Shown here: positions 44,744-54,476 of the stretch, in pieces | Position numbering within the stretch: the stretch's first letter is position 1 | Layout: each line of letters begins with the position of its first letter | Assembly (NCBI GenBank): GCA_963837665.1 | Contig: CAWIOA010000009.1 | Span: 285,661-349,660, forward strand | Direction of reading: 5' to 3' | Source: an uncultured Acidobacteriaceae bacterium | GTDB lineage: Bacteria > Acidobacteriota > Terriglobia > Terriglobales > Acidobacteriaceae | DNA: 64,000 nucleotides | The notes under the pieces: generated by a model | Seen by the model: the letters and a program-made list of their open reading frames with translations, nothing else | What the model was told of the DNA's origin: nothing | Databases searched by the model: none | Made by a program: the position numbers and the translations under genes

Positions 44744-45655
44744 ATGGAAGAACGACGAACGAATAGCGATCGCCGCAAGAACCGGAAAGTCCGCAAAGCG
44801 ATTTTCCCCGCCGCCGGATTGGGCACGCGCTTTCTCCCGGCCACCAAAGCTCAACCGAAAGAGATGCTGCCGCTGGTCGATAAGCCCATCATTCAGTACG
44901 GCGTGGAAGAGGCGGTGGCGGCGGGATGCGACCAGATCATCATTATTACCGGGCGCGGCAAGAGCGCGATCGAAGATCATTTCGACGTCAGCTACGAGCT
45001 GGAGAAAATGCTCGAGGAAAAAGGCAAGCACGACCTGCTCAAGATCGTGCGCCAGATTTCCGACATGATCTACGTGGCCTACGTGCGTCAAAAAGAGGCT
45101 CTGGGCCTGGGACATGCGGTGCTTACCGCGCGCGAATTGATTGGCGACGAGCCCTTTGCCACACTGCTCGCCGATGACGTCATCGATGCAAAAGTGCCGG
45201 TACTTAAGCAGTTGATGAACGTCTTTGAAGAGAAGCAGTGTTCCGTGATCGCGACTCAGGTGGTCGAGGGACCTGCAATTTCGTCCTATGGCGTGCTGAG
45301 GGCGAAAGAAGTCGCGGGCTCCGGGGGGAAGCTCTTCGAAGTCCTCGACCTGGTGGAAAAGCCGAAGGTTGCGGATGCGCCTTCGAATCTAGCCGTGATC
45401 GGACGCTATATTCTGACGCCGGCGGTTTTCGAAACACTCTCGGACATCAAGCCGGGGGCGGGCGGCGAATTGCAACTGACGGACGGGCTGCGCGGGTTGC
45501 TGCAGCGCGAGAAGATGTACGCCTACGTCTATGAAGGCCGCCGTTTCGATACTGGCGACAAACTCGGCTTCCTGAAAGCAACGGTGGAGTTTGCGCTGAA
45601 ACGCGCGGACTTGGGCGGGGAGTTCCGGGAATATCTGAAAAGTTTGAAGCTGTGA
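44744..45655 (+). CDS. galU: UTP-glucose-1-phosphate uridylyltransferase
   Basis: KAIFPAAGLGTRFLPATKAQPKEMLPLVDKPIIQY, VRQKEALGLGHAV, LVEKP motifs. Confidence 0.93.
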   Translation: MEERRTNSDRRKNRKVRKAIFPAAGLGTRFLPATKAQPKEMLPLVDKPIIQYGVEEAVAAGCDQIIIITGRGKSAIEDHFDVSYELEKMLEEKGKHDLLKIVRQISDMIYVAYVRQKEALGLGHAVLTARELIGDEPFATLLADDVIDAKVPVLKQLMNVFEEKQCSVIATQVVEGPAISSYGVLRAKEVAGSGGKLFEVLDLVEKPKVADAPSNLAVIGRYILTPAVFETLSDIKPGAGGELQLTDGLRGLLQREKMYAYVYEGRRFDTGDKLGFLKATVEFALKRADLGGEFREYLKSLKL

Positions 45656-45656
45656 A

Positions 45657-45711
45657 TGTGTGGTGACGGGGCTTCGCCCCGTCTTGCGGGGCAGAGGCCC
45701 GCCACCACACA
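45657..45711. terminator. Compound hairpin between convergent galU and purE
   Basis: Outer stem tgtgtggtg/caccacaca encloses acggggc-ttc-gccccgt. There is no long T-tract, so its function as a bidirectional terminator is inferred from position only. Confidence 0.4.
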
Positions 45712-45720
45712 AACTTCGGG

Positions 45721-46227
45721 TCAGTCTTCCATCGTTGCTTTCAGCTTCTTTGACTTTTCTTCGACGCCGCGCGCGAGTTTTTCTTTGTGCGCTTCCAATT
45801 TCTTCGCAATGGACGCGTCGGCTACGCCGATAATTTGCGCCGCCAGGATTCCTGCATTGGTGGCGCCGGGCTTGCCGATGGCGACGGTTGCTACCGGAAT
45901 GCCCGCGGGCATCTGCACGGTTGCTAGCAGGGAATCCATGCCCTGCAAAGAGGTTGAGGGGATGGGAACGCCGATGACGGGCAAGGTGGTGTGCGCCGCG
46001 ATAACGCCCGCCAGGTGCGCCGCTCCGCCGGCGCCGGCGATGATTACGCGAATGCCACGTTGCGCGGCTTTGCGCGCGTAATCTGCGGTGCGATCGGGCG
46101 AACGATGGGCTGAAGTCACATCCATCTCATAGGGAATCCCGAATTCATCGAGAGCTTTTCCGGCTTCGCGCATGATCTCCAGGTCGGAGTCACTGCCCAT
46201 TACAATTGAAACTAGTGGCTTGCTCAT
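45721..46227 (-). CDS. purE: 5-(carboxyamino)imidazole ribonucleotide mutase
   Basis: [37 protein letters not shown] motifs. Confidence 0.95.
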   Translation of the reverse strand: MSKPLVSIVMGSDSDLEIMREAGKALDEFGIPYEMDVTSAHRSPDRTADYARKAAQRGIRVIIAGAGGAAHLAGVIAAHTTLPVIGVPIPSTSLQGMDSLLATVQMPAGIPVATVAIGKPGATNAGILAAQIIGVADASIAKKLEAHKEKLARGVEEKSKKLKATMED

Positions 46228-46269
46228 GAGTGTCGGTGTCGAACCTCGTTAGAGTTATTAATTCCCATT

Positions 46270-46346
46270 GTCATCCTGAGCGAAGCGAAGGACCTGCTTT
46301 GTGCCGACGCCGCGAACAGCAGGTCCTTCGCTTCGCTCAGGATGAC
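46270..46346. repeat. 28-bp perfect inverted repeat gtcatcctgagcgaagcgaaggacctgc / gcaggtccttcgcttcgctcaggatgac
   Basis: Arms at 46270-46297 and 46319-46346 with a 21-nt spacer, in the purE-purD intergenic region. A diverged half-copy ends in gctcaggatgac at about 5190-5236. Confidence 0.85.
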
Positions 46347-46402
46347 AATACAATAATGTGATGACGGCGCAAACTTAGTGGCGCGAAGTATCGAACGCGA
46401 TC

Positions 46403-47677
46403 CTAGTTCTTTTTCAGCGCTCTTGTCGCAATGTCTTTGCGATAGTGGGCACCCTGGAAGCCGATCTTCGCGCACGCTTCATAGACACGCTGTACGGCCG
46501 TTCCCAGTTCCGCGGCCCGCGCTGTTACCCCGAGCACGCGTCCACCGGCAGTATAGAAAGCTCCATCACGTTTCGAGGTGCCGGCATGGAAGACTTTTAC
46601 ACCGTCCAACTTTGCCGCATCCTCGAGGCCAGTAATTTTCTTGCCCGCCTCGTAAACTCCCGGATAACCTCCCGAAGCCACCACCACGCATACGGCCGAA
46701 TCGTTCGACCACTTGAAATCGCCATCGCTGGTGCGGCCATCGATGGACGCCTCCATCGCTTCGACCAAGTCACTTTCGAGGCGCATCAAAATGGGCTGGG
46801 TTTCCGGATCGCCGAAGCGGCAGTTGAATTCGAGCACCATGGGGCCGCGCGCGGTCATCATTAAGCCGCAATAGAGAACGCCTTTGTACTCGGCGCCTTC
46901 TTCCTTCATGCCGTCTACAACGGGCCGGATGACGTGTGCGAGCAGCCAGTCGCGCATCTGGTCATCCACGATGACCGGCGTCGTGTAAGCTCCCATGCCG
47001 CCAGTATTTGGGCCGGTGTCGCCGTCGCCCACGCGCTTGTGATCTTGCGCGGCGGCCAGCGCCGCTACCCGCTCACCGTCGCTGACCACCAGGAACGAGA
47101 GTTCGTCGCCTTGCAGAAATTCTTCCAACACCACCCGCGATCCGGCTTCGCCCAACATTCTGCCGCTGAGCATTTCATGGGCTACGGTCGAGGCCTCGTC
47201 CTTGGTCTTGGCGATGACTACGCCCTTGCCGGCGGCCAGTCCGTCAGCCTTCACCACAATCGGAGTATGAAAGTGCGGCAGCGCCTCGCGGACCTGCTCC
47301 GAAGAATCGCAAATCGCGTAGTGCGCCGTGGGAATGCGATGGCGTTGCAGGAATTCTTTGGCGAAACTCTTGCTGGTTTCAAGCTGCGCGGCGGCTTGGG
47401 TTGGCCCAAAGGTGCGCCAGCCTCGCCGGGTGAATTCATCCACTACGCCGAGCATCAGCGGCAATTCAGGGCCCACAATGGTGAGGTCAGGCTGGATCTG
47501 GTTGGCGAGCGCGATCATGGAGTCGAGGCTCCTTAGATCGACCGCAACGCACTCCGCCTCGTCCGCGATCCCGCCGTTTCCCGGGGCGCAGTAGATTTTC
47601 GTGGCCCGTGGCGACTGCCGGAGCTTCCATACCAGGGCATGCTCGCGTCCGCCGCCGCCGATGACGAGAATCTTCAT
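46403..47677 (-). CDS. purD: Phosphoribosylamine-glycine ligase
   Basis: MKILVIGGGGREHALVWKL, ATP-grasp motifs, GDTGPNTGGMGAY, ...VLEFNCRFGDPE. Confidence 0.97.
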   Translation of the reverse strand: MKILVIGGGGREHALVWKLRQSPRATKIYCAPGNGGIADEAECVAVDLRSLDSMIALANQIQPDLTIVGPELPLMLGVVDEFTRRGWRTFGPTQAAAQLETSKSFAKEFLQRHRIPTAHYAICDSSEQVREALPHFHTPIVVKADGLAAGKGVVIAKTKDEASTVAHEMLSGRMLGEAGSRVVLEEFLQGDELSFLVVSDGERVAALAAAQDHKRVGDGDTGPNTGGMGAYTTPVIVDDQMRDWLLAHVIRPVVDGMKEEGAEYKGVLYCGLMMTARGPMVLEFNCRFGDPETQPILMRLESDLVEAMEASIDGRTSDGDFKWSNDSAVCVVVASGGYPGVYEAGKKITGLEDAAKLDGVKVFHAGTSKRDGAFYTAGGRVLGVTARAAELGTAVQRVYEACAKIGFQGAHYRKDIATRALKKN

Positions 47678-47727
47678 AGTCAGGACATTTAAGGGTAGGG
47701 GCGGAAGAAGATGATGTCAAACGGGAA

Positions 47728-47853
47728 CAGATTGCAGAGGTCAGAGGTCAGATTGCAGAGGTTCACCCCTTGCGACGAAAAAAGTATTAGCGAAAATCAG
47801 GGCTGACGCCTTTTTGGTTTTAACCTCTGCAATCTGACCTCTAACCTCTGACC
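47728..47853. repeat. Periodic-arm hairpin element (GGTCAGA-type units)
   Basis: Left arm 47728-47763 cagattgcagaggtcagaggtcagattgcagaggtt. Right arm 47822-47853 aacctctgcaatctgacctctaacctctgacc. A tttggtttta core sits next to the right arm. Lies in the divergent purD/mntR intergenic region. Confidence 0.8.
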
Positions 47854-47902
47854 TTTCTTCTTTTGCTTAACCACGCTTAATCCCGCCGTATAATCTGTTC
47901 AC

Positions 47903-48571
47903 GTGATCACCGTTTCCAAAGAGGACTACCTCAAAGCGATTCTCGAAGCCGAAAGCGAAGGAGAGCCCGTTATTTCGGCTACGCTCGCGCACTGGCTCAA
48001 AGTCTCGCCTCCGGCCATAACGATGGCGGTGCGCCGTCTGAAAAAGGACGGTCTGGTACGGGTGCATGCCGGCGGGCGGGTTCGCCTGACTGCTGCCGGA
48101 CGACGGATTGCCCGCAAGCTGACGGTGCGCCATCACCTGATCGAGCGCATGCTTGCCGAAATTTTCGGAATGGAATGGTACAAGGTGCACGACGAGGCGG
48201 AACGATTGGAGCACGCGGTCTCGCCCGATTTTGAGGCCAGGCTGCTGGCCAAACTTGGGCGTGGAGTCGCGTGTCCGCACGGCAACCTGACCGAGCTGGA
48301 AAGTCCCGCCAGCCGGCGGCGTCGCGGCCTGCTGCTGCTCTCGGAAGCTGAGGTTGGGAAGAACTACGCTGTCAGTGGGATCTACGAGCGCGACCGGCAC
48401 CTGCTGGAGTTTCTGGAAGCCCGTGGCATCCGGCCCGGGGCCAAGCTCAGCTTGATTGAGAGCAACTACGACAAGACACTCTCCATCCGGACTGCGGCAA
48501 ACGCCGTCGTTCTAGGAAGACCTGCGGCAGAGCGAGTGTGGATTGTTCCGCTGTCATCCCGTTCTTCATAA
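47903..48571 (+). CDS. mntR: DtxR/MntR-family metal-dependent transcriptional regulator
   Basis: SKEDYLKAILEAESEGEPVISATLAHWLKVSPPAITMAVRRLKKDGLV wHTH, RHHLIERML dimerisation helix, and a C-terminal FeoA/SH3-like domain. Adjacent to mntH. Confidence 0.82.
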   Translation: MITVSKEDYLKAILEAESEGEPVISATLAHWLKVSPPAITMAVRRLKKDGLVRVHAGGRVRLTAAGRRIARKLTVRHHLIERMLAEIFGMEWYKVHDEAERLEHAVSPDFEARLLAKLGRGVACPHGNLTELESPASRRRRGLLLLSEAEVGKNYAVSGIYERDRHLLEFLEARGIRPGAKLSLIESNYDKTLSIRTAANAVVLGRPAAERVWIVPLSSRSS

Positions 48572-48645
48572 TTAAGTATTAACTACCATTAACCTTATAT
48601 CGTATACTCTAGTTGACTCGGGGCTCTCTCGGGAAACAACCGAAA

Positions 48646-50082
48646 ATGAAAAAGGCTGAAACAACGACGGATACGACTGCCCCAGCCAGCACCGGCTCAT
48701 CATCCTCAGGCGCTCAGAGCCGCGGCCACGTGTCTTTGGAAGGTGTGCACAGTTCCGTCGATGTGCCGCATCATCAGGCTGGCTTCTGGGAACAGTGGCG
48801 GGCTTTCGTGGGTCCCGCGATTCTGGTCAGTGTCGGCTACATGGACCCCGGTAACTGGGGTACCGACTTGCAGGGCGGCGCTCAATACAAGTACGGACTT
48901 TTGTGGGTGGTGGGACTTGCCAGCCTGATGGCGATCTTCATGCAAGTAATCTCCGCTCGTCTGGGAGTGGTGACGGGCAAGGACCTCGCCCAATGTTGCC
49001 GCGACTGGTATCCCGCGTGGACGCGTTGGCCGAACTGGCTGATGAGCGAAGTGGCCATCGGCGCGTGTGACCTGGCGGAGGTGCTCGGCAGCGCCGTGGC
49101 CCTCAACTTGATGTTCCATATTCCCCTGCTATGGGCGGTCATCATCACGGGCCTGGACGTGCTGTTGCTCCTGGCACTGCAGCGCTTTGGCATGCGCACC
49201 ATCGAGGCGATCGTCCTGCTGCTGATCGCGACCATCGGGGTGTGCTACTTCATTGAGATCTTCGTTCTCCCGCAGACCCAGCCCAGTTTTCTGGAAATGG
49301 GGCGAGCGCTGATTTCGCCGCACTTTCGACAAGCCGGCGTCTTGTATCTTGCCATTGGCATTATCGGCGCGACCGTGATGCCCCACAACCTGTATCTGCA
49401 CTCGGCGCTGGTGCAGAGCCGCAAGCTACAGAAGGACGAGCCATCGATCCGGAGCGCGATCCGATTCAACACGGTCGATTCCATCGTGGCCCTGTCCATC
49501 GCCTTCTTCGTCAACGCCGCGATTCTTGTGCTCGCGGCGATGGTGTTCTTCGGGAAGAAAAGCGTGGTCGCCTCGGGCGGGCATGTGATCGCGTTCAACG
49601 CCAACAGCGATTGGATCCGGGTCGCTTACCTGACGCTGGCGCCGCTGCTGGGGACGGCTGCCGCGAGCACGTTGTTTGCCGTGGCGTTGCTGGCCAGCGG
49701 GCAAAGCAGCACCATCACGGGCACGCTCGCTGGGCAAGTCGTGATGGAAGGCTTCATGCATTGGCGAATCAAGCCCTGGGTGCGCCGGCTTATCACCCGC
49801 ACGTTGGCCATCCTGCCGGCGGTTTTCATTATCGGGTTGCGCGGCGACAGCAGCGTTACGGACTTGCTGACACTCAGCCAAGTGGTGCTCGCGCTGCAGC
49901 TTCCGTTCGCCATGTTCCCGCTGCTTCAGTTCACCAGTTCGCACAAGCGAATGGGAGCCTGGAAGAACGGCTGGTTCCTGCTGATGGCCGGTTGGAGCAG
50001 TGCTATTCTGATCACCGCGATGGACATCTACGGCATACCGGACTCTTTGAAAGCGGCGTGGCATGTCATCGCTGGCGGATGA
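48646..50082 (+). CDS. mntH: Nramp-family divalent metal (Mn2+/Fe2+) transporter
   Basis: GPAILVSVGYMDPGNWGTDLQGGA (DPGN motif), ATVMPHNLYLHS (MPH motif), about 11 TM segments. Confidence 0.93.
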   Translation: MKKAETTTDTTAPASTGSSSSGAQSRGHVSLEGVHSSVDVPHHQAGFWEQWRAFVGPAILVSVGYMDPGNWGTDLQGGAQYKYGLLWVVGLASLMAIFMQVISARLGVVTGKDLAQCCRDWYPAWTRWPNWLMSEVAIGACDLAEVLGSAVALNLMFHIPLLWAVIITGLDVLLLLALQRFGMRTIEAIVLLLIATIGVCYFIEIFVLPQTQPSFLEMGRALISPHFRQAGVLYLAIGIIGATVMPHNLYLHSALVQSRKLQKDEPSIRSAIRFNTVDSIVALSIAFFVNAAILVLAAMVFFGKKSVVASGGHVIAFNANSDWIRVAYLTLAPLLGTAAASTLFAVALLASGQSSTITGTLAGQVVMEGFMHWRIKPWVRRLITRTLAILPAVFIIGLRGDSSVTDLLTLSQVVLALQLPFAMFPLLQFTSSHKRMGAWKNGWFLLMAGWSSAILITAMDIYGIPDSLKAAWHVIAGG

Positions 50083-50113
50083 TGCCGAAAAGACGAAAGT
50101 CGGCAGAGGCGGA

Positions 50114-50536
50114 ATGACCATGTATGAGACCATCCTGATGACGTTGGACGGGACGCCGAGTGACCGCGCGATTATCGAGCACATCAAGCAGTTGGCGAAG
50201 CTGGCTAAGAGCCGCCTGGTGCTACTGCATGTGGCCGATGGATGGGCGGCCAGAACCTATGGCCCGGACGCGGTGAGTCCGGAAATCACCGAAGATACTG
50301 CTTACCTGGAAAAAGTGCGGGCCGAGTTCCAATCCGCAGGCGTTCCTGTGGAGGCCGAACTGGCGTATGGTGAACCGGCCGAGCAAATCATCCAATGGGT
50401 CGAAAAGAAGAGATGTGACCTGGTGGCCATGAGCACGCATGGTCACCGCTTTCTGGCGGACATATTCCTGGGCGCGACCGCAACTCGAGTCCGGCATAGC
50501 ATTGGGGTGCCAGTTCTACTCCTCAAGGCGAAATAG
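50114..50536 (+). CDS. Universal stress protein family
   Basis: 140 aa from ATG 50114. ILMTLDGTPS...LVLLHV...CDLVAMSTHGH.....FLGATATRVRHSIGVPVLLLK, the UspA ATP-binding G-2x-G-9x-G(S/T)-like C-terminus. Confidence 0.8.
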   Translation: MTMYETILMTLDGTPSDRAIIEHIKQLAKLAKSRLVLLHVADGWAARTYGPDAVSPEITEDTAYLEKVRAEFQSAGVPVEAELAYGEPAEQIIQWVEKKRCDLVAMSTHGHRFLADIFLGATATRVRHSIGVPVLLLKAK

Positions 50537-50648
50537 AGATAGTTCCTACGCGAGCGTCCCCACGCGAGCCTGCAAAACCAATTACACTATTAATTTGGGG
50601 TCTCATCATTCCCGGTCCCTGTGCCGGAGCTTGTGAAGGAAGGTCAGT

Positions 50649-53447
50649 ATGTCATCCAATAGTTTCGGCGCTCGCGCCACTTTTAAAGTTGGCAGCAAAG
50701 AATACGAACTCTACCGGCTCGACGCTCTCGACAAGCAGGGAATCTCCACCCGGCATTTGCCGTTTTCGTTGCGCATTCTGCTGGAGAACCTGCTCCGCAC
50801 TGAAGACGGACGCAACGTGACGCCGCAGGAAATTCGCGCGCTCGCGGCGTGGAACAAGAATTCGAAGCCCGAGAAAGAAATCGCCTTCACACCCAGCCGC
50901 GTTCTGCTCCAGGATTTCACCGGCGTCCCCGCGGTTGTGGATCTTGCCGCGATGCGCGACGCTATGAAGCGCCTGGGCGGCGACCCTAAACTCATCAATC
51001 CGCTGCAACCCGCCGAACTGGTCATTGACCACTCGGTGCAGGTCGATGAATTCGGCTCGCCCAACGCCTTTGACGTAAACGCGCTGCTCGAGTTCCAACG
51101 AAACAAAGAGCGGTACGCATTTCTGCGCTGGGGGCAGACGGGGTTTCGCAATCTTGCCATCGTGCCGCCGGACACCGGAATCGTCCACCAGGTAAACCTC
51201 GAGTACCTGGCGCGCGTGGTTTTTGTACACGAAGAAAGCGGCAAGCGCACTGCCTATCCCGACACACTCGTCGGCACCGACTCGCATACCACCATGATCA
51301 ATGGACTCGGCGTGCTGGGCTGGGGCGTGGGCGGCATAGAAGCCGAGGCTGCCATGCTGGGACAGCCTGTTTCCATGCTGATTCCGCTCGTCGTCGGAGT
51401 GAAACTCACCGGGCGCTTGCGCGAGGGCGCGACGGCAACCGATCTGGTTCTTACTATCACCGAGATGCTGCGCAAGCATGGAGTGGTCGGCAAGTTTGTC
51501 GAGTACTTCGGACCGGGCCTGCAGGACCTGCCACTTGCCGATCGCGCGACGATTGCGAATATGGCTCCCGAATACGGAGCGACTTGCGGCATCTTCCCGA
51601 TCGACAAAGAAAGCCTGCGCTACCTGAAGCTCACTGGCCGCAGTGAGGAGCAGATCGCATTGGTCGAGGCCTACGCGCGCGAACAGGGACTCTTCCACGA
51701 CGCGAAAACGCCAGAGGCCGAATACTCCGAACTGCTGAGTCTGGATCTTGCTACGGTCGAATCGAGTCTAGCCGGACCGAAGCGGCCGCAGGATCGTGTG
51801 GTGTTGTCGAAAGCACGAGAGTCGTTTGCGCAAGCCTTACCGTCCCTGATCAAGCCGAAGGCTAAGGCCGCTGCGGGTGCTCCGGCCGACTCAGCTGCGA
51901 AACAAGTCAATCGCTGGGAACAGGAAGGCGGAAATCCGACCGCAGTTGGTGTCGAAGACCCGAACGTCCACGAACATATTTCGGGAAATGGGAAGGCTTT
52001 GCAGCACGGCAGTGTGGTGATTGCGGCGATCACCAGTTGCACGAACACGTCGAACCCGTCGGTGCTGATAGCTGCTGGCCTGCTGGCGAAGAAAGCTGTC
52101 GAGCACGGCCTCGGAGTGCCGGCATGGGTGAAGACTTCGCTCGCTCCCGGATCGAAAGTGGTGCTCGACTATCTCCAAAGAGCTGAGCTGATGCCGTATC
52201 TGGAGAAGCTGAAGTTCCACATCGTGGGCTATGGTTGCACTACGTGCATCGGAAATTCGGGCCCGCTGCCCGCGGAAGTGTCGAAGGAAATTGAAGAGAA
52301 GAATCTGGTCGTTGCTTCGGTACTTTCCGGCAATCGCAACTTTGAGGGGCGGATCAATTCCGAAGTCCGTGCCAACTATCTGATGTCGCCGCCCTTGGTG
52401 GTGGCTTTCGCGCTCGCGGGACGCATCGACGTTGATCTGCGGAAGGATCCGATCGGAAAAGGCAAAGACGGCAAGCCGGTTTACCTGGCCGAGATTTGGC
52501 CTTCGCAGCAGGAAGTCGAGCAGTCGATGGCGAGCGCGATCACCTCGGAGATGTTCCGCAAGAGTTATGCGGAGGTGTATTCGGGGGACGAGCGCTGGCG
52601 CGGGCTAGTGGTTCCGAAGGGTGAGACATACGGGTGGGGAAAGGATTCCACCTATATCCGGCAGGCACCATATTTCGATGACATGACGATCAAACCGTCG
52701 GCCATCGCGGATATCAAGAAGGCGCGAGTGCTGGCGGTGCTTGGCGATAGCGTCACCACCGACCACATCTCGCCCGCAGGTTCGATTAAGAAAGATGGAC
52801 CCGCCGGCAAATACCTGATTGCTCACGGGGTGCAGCCGGCGGATTTCAATTCTTACGGATCGCGTCGCGGCAATCATGAAGTCATGGTACGAGGCACGTT
52901 CGCCAACGTCCGCCTGCGCAATAAGATGGTGAACACCGAAGGTGGATATACCCGCCACCTGCCCGATGGGGCCGAGATGTCGATCTTCGACGCGTCCGAA
53001 AAGTACCATGCTGAAAAAGTGCCGCTCGTGATTCTCGCAGGGAAGGAATATGGCTCCGGCTCTTCACGCGACTGGGCGGCCAAGGGACCGCGGCTGCTCG
53101 GCGTTCGCGCCGTGATTGCGGAAAGCTACGAACGCATTCACCGCTCCAACCTGGTTGGCATGGGCATTCTGCCGCTGCAGTTTCTGCCGGGAGAAAATGC
53201 CGAGACGCTGAAGTTGACGGGCGAAGAAGTGTTCGAGATTGCAGGGATTCGCGATGTGGTCAAGAAATTTTCTTCCGGACGCAAAATAACTGTGCGTGTG
53301 AAGGGTGGGAAGACGGCAGAATTTCAAGCCGTTGTCCGGATCGACACTCCGCAGGAAGCTCTCTACTACGCCAACGGAGGCATCCTCCAGTACGTGCTGC
53401 GACAGTTGCTGGCGGGGAAAGCGCAACCGGAAGCGGTGACAGCGTAG
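50649..53447 (+). CDS. acnA: Aconitate hydratase A
   Basis: 932 aa. [84 protein letters not shown]. Confidence 0.97.
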   Translation: MSSNSFGARATFKVGSKEYELYRLDALDKQGISTRHLPFSLRILLENLLRTEDGRNVTPQEIRALAAWNKNSKPEKEIAFTPSRVLLQDFTGVPAVVDLAAMRDAMKRLGGDPKLINPLQPAELVIDHSVQVDEFGSPNAFDVNALLEFQRNKERYAFLRWGQTGFRNLAIVPPDTGIVHQVNLEYLARVVFVHEESGKRTAYPDTLVGTDSHTTMINGLGVLGWGVGGIEAEAAMLGQPVSMLIPLVVGVKLTGRLREGATATDLVLTITEMLRKHGVVGKFVEYFGPGLQDLPLADRATIANMAPEYGATCGIFPIDKESLRYLKLTGRSEEQIALVEAYAREQGLFHDAKTPEAEYSELLSLDLATVESSLAGPKRPQDRVVLSKARESFAQALPSLIKPKAKAAAGAPADSAAKQVNRWEQEGGNPTAVGVEDPNVHEHISGNGKALQHGSVVIAAITSCTNTSNPSVLIAAGLLAKKAVEHGLGVPAWVKTSLAPGSKVVLDYLQRAELMPYLEKLKFHIVGYGCTTCIGNSGPLPAEVSKEIEEKNLVVASVLSGNRNFEGRINSEVRANYLMSPPLVVAFALAGRIDVDLRKDPIGKGKDGKPVYLAEIWPSQQEVEQSMASAITSEMFRKSYAEVYSGDERWRGLVVPKGETYGWGKDSTYIRQAPYFDDMTIKPSAIADIKKARVLAVLGDSVTTDHISPAGSIKKDGPAGKYLIAHGVQPADFNSYGSRRGNHEVMVRGTFANVRLRNKMVNTEGGYTRHLPDGAEMSIFDASEKYHAEKVPLVILAGKEYGSGSSRDWAAKGPRLLGVRAVIAESYERIHRSNLVGMGILPLQFLPGENAETLKLTGEEVFEIAGIRDVVKKFSSGRKITVRVKGGKTAEFQAVVRIDTPQEALYYANGGILQYVLRQLLAGKAQPEAVTA

Positions 53448-53530
53448 CTGCCGAGCTTCGCTCGGCTGGACAGCCGGGAGCGGCTATCCCTACGTGTAAC
53501 TTGCTCGCCGCGTGCTAATCTCAAATTCCT

Positions 53531-54376
53531 ATGCCCCTTGCAGCCCAATACATCCCAGCTGCTTTTAGCCTGACGGCGGTAGGGATGTGGGGCGCGAGTG
53601 ATTTTCTGGGCGGAGTGGGCGCTCGGCGCGCGAACGCGTTTCTGTTCACGGCTATTGTGCACCTGAGCGGCTTGGTCCTGGTCGGCACTCTCGCGCTGGC
53701 GACCCACGCACAGTTTCCGACAACCGTCAGCTTGGTCTGGTCGATGATCGCCGGGGCGGTCGGGGGCATTGCCCTGGCCTTGTTCTACCGTGCATTGGCC
53801 AGGGGAAACATGGGACTAGTCGCGCCTGTGGCTGCCGTTCTGGGCGCCGCGATTCCCACCCTCGTGACGGCGTTTGCGGAGGGCTTTCCGGGCTATCGGC
53901 ACGTGTTCGGTTTCATTCTTGCCGGAGTCGGAGTCTGGCTCATCTCCCGTACTGAATCCGGCGTTGGCCGTCCCGAAGGCATAGGCATGGCGGTGCTGGC
54001 GGGAATCGGCTTCGCTGGCTTTTACCTCTGTATCCACCGGGCGGGCGCCGGTTCCGCATTGTGGATCTCGACCTGTTCGCGATTCGGTGCCTTGCTGGTC
54101 ACGGGAACTATCGTTCTTTTCGGAAGACACCTGCGCGCGGTGGCCGCTCCGGTACTGGGCATTGCCTTGGTTGCCGGAATCCTCGACATCTCCGGCACCG
54201 TCGTCTTCATCCGCGCGAGTCAAATTGGACGCCTGGACGACGCGGTCGTGCTTAGTTCGCTCTATCCCGCCATTACCGTTGTGCTGGCGCGCATCTTTCT
54301 GCACGAGCACTTCAGCCGCGCCCGTACCATCGGCATGTTCGCAGCGCTGGCGGCGGTGCCGATGATTGCGGGGTGA
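53531..54376 (+). CDS. EamA/DMT-superfamily transporter
   Basis: 281 aa with about 10 hydrophobic helices in two similar halves. Typical EamA composition with no specific substrate clue. Confidence 0.7.
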   Translation: MPLAAQYIPAAFSLTAVGMWGASDFLGGVGARRANAFLFTAIVHLSGLVLVGTLALATHAQFPTTVSLVWSMIAGAVGGIALALFYRALARGNMGLVAPVAAVLGAAIPTLVTAFAEGFPGYRHVFGFILAGVGVWLISRTESGVGRPEGIGMAVLAGIGFAGFYLCIHRAGAGSALWISTCSRFGALLVTGTIVLFGRHLRAVAAPVLGIALVAGILDISGTVVFIRASQIGRLDDAVVLSSLYPAITVVLARIFLHEHFSRARTIGMFAALAAVPMIAG

Positions 54377-54476
54377 AGAAAGTGGAAGGTGGATAGTTGT
54401 CAGTGGATAGTTGCTAGCGATCGGTGTGCTTGCTTACCACTATTCACTATTCACTGTCCGCTGCTACTCTGACCTC

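Noticed and set aside
46224-46475. 83-aa ORF (..ILSEAKDLLFAASAQSRSFASLRMT..) between purE and purD
   Set aside because: It is a translation of the 28-bp inverted repeat and its spacer, and it overlaps the purD 3' end. It is a repeat artefact, as is 5020-5427.
47728-47853. Short periodic repeats as CRISPR arrays
   Set aside because: The units are only 7-8 nt, contiguous (no spacers) and paired as inverted arms. There are no cas genes in the window.
50652-51698. 348-aa minus-strand ORF
   Set aside because: It is antisense to aconitase. It is a shadow ORF.
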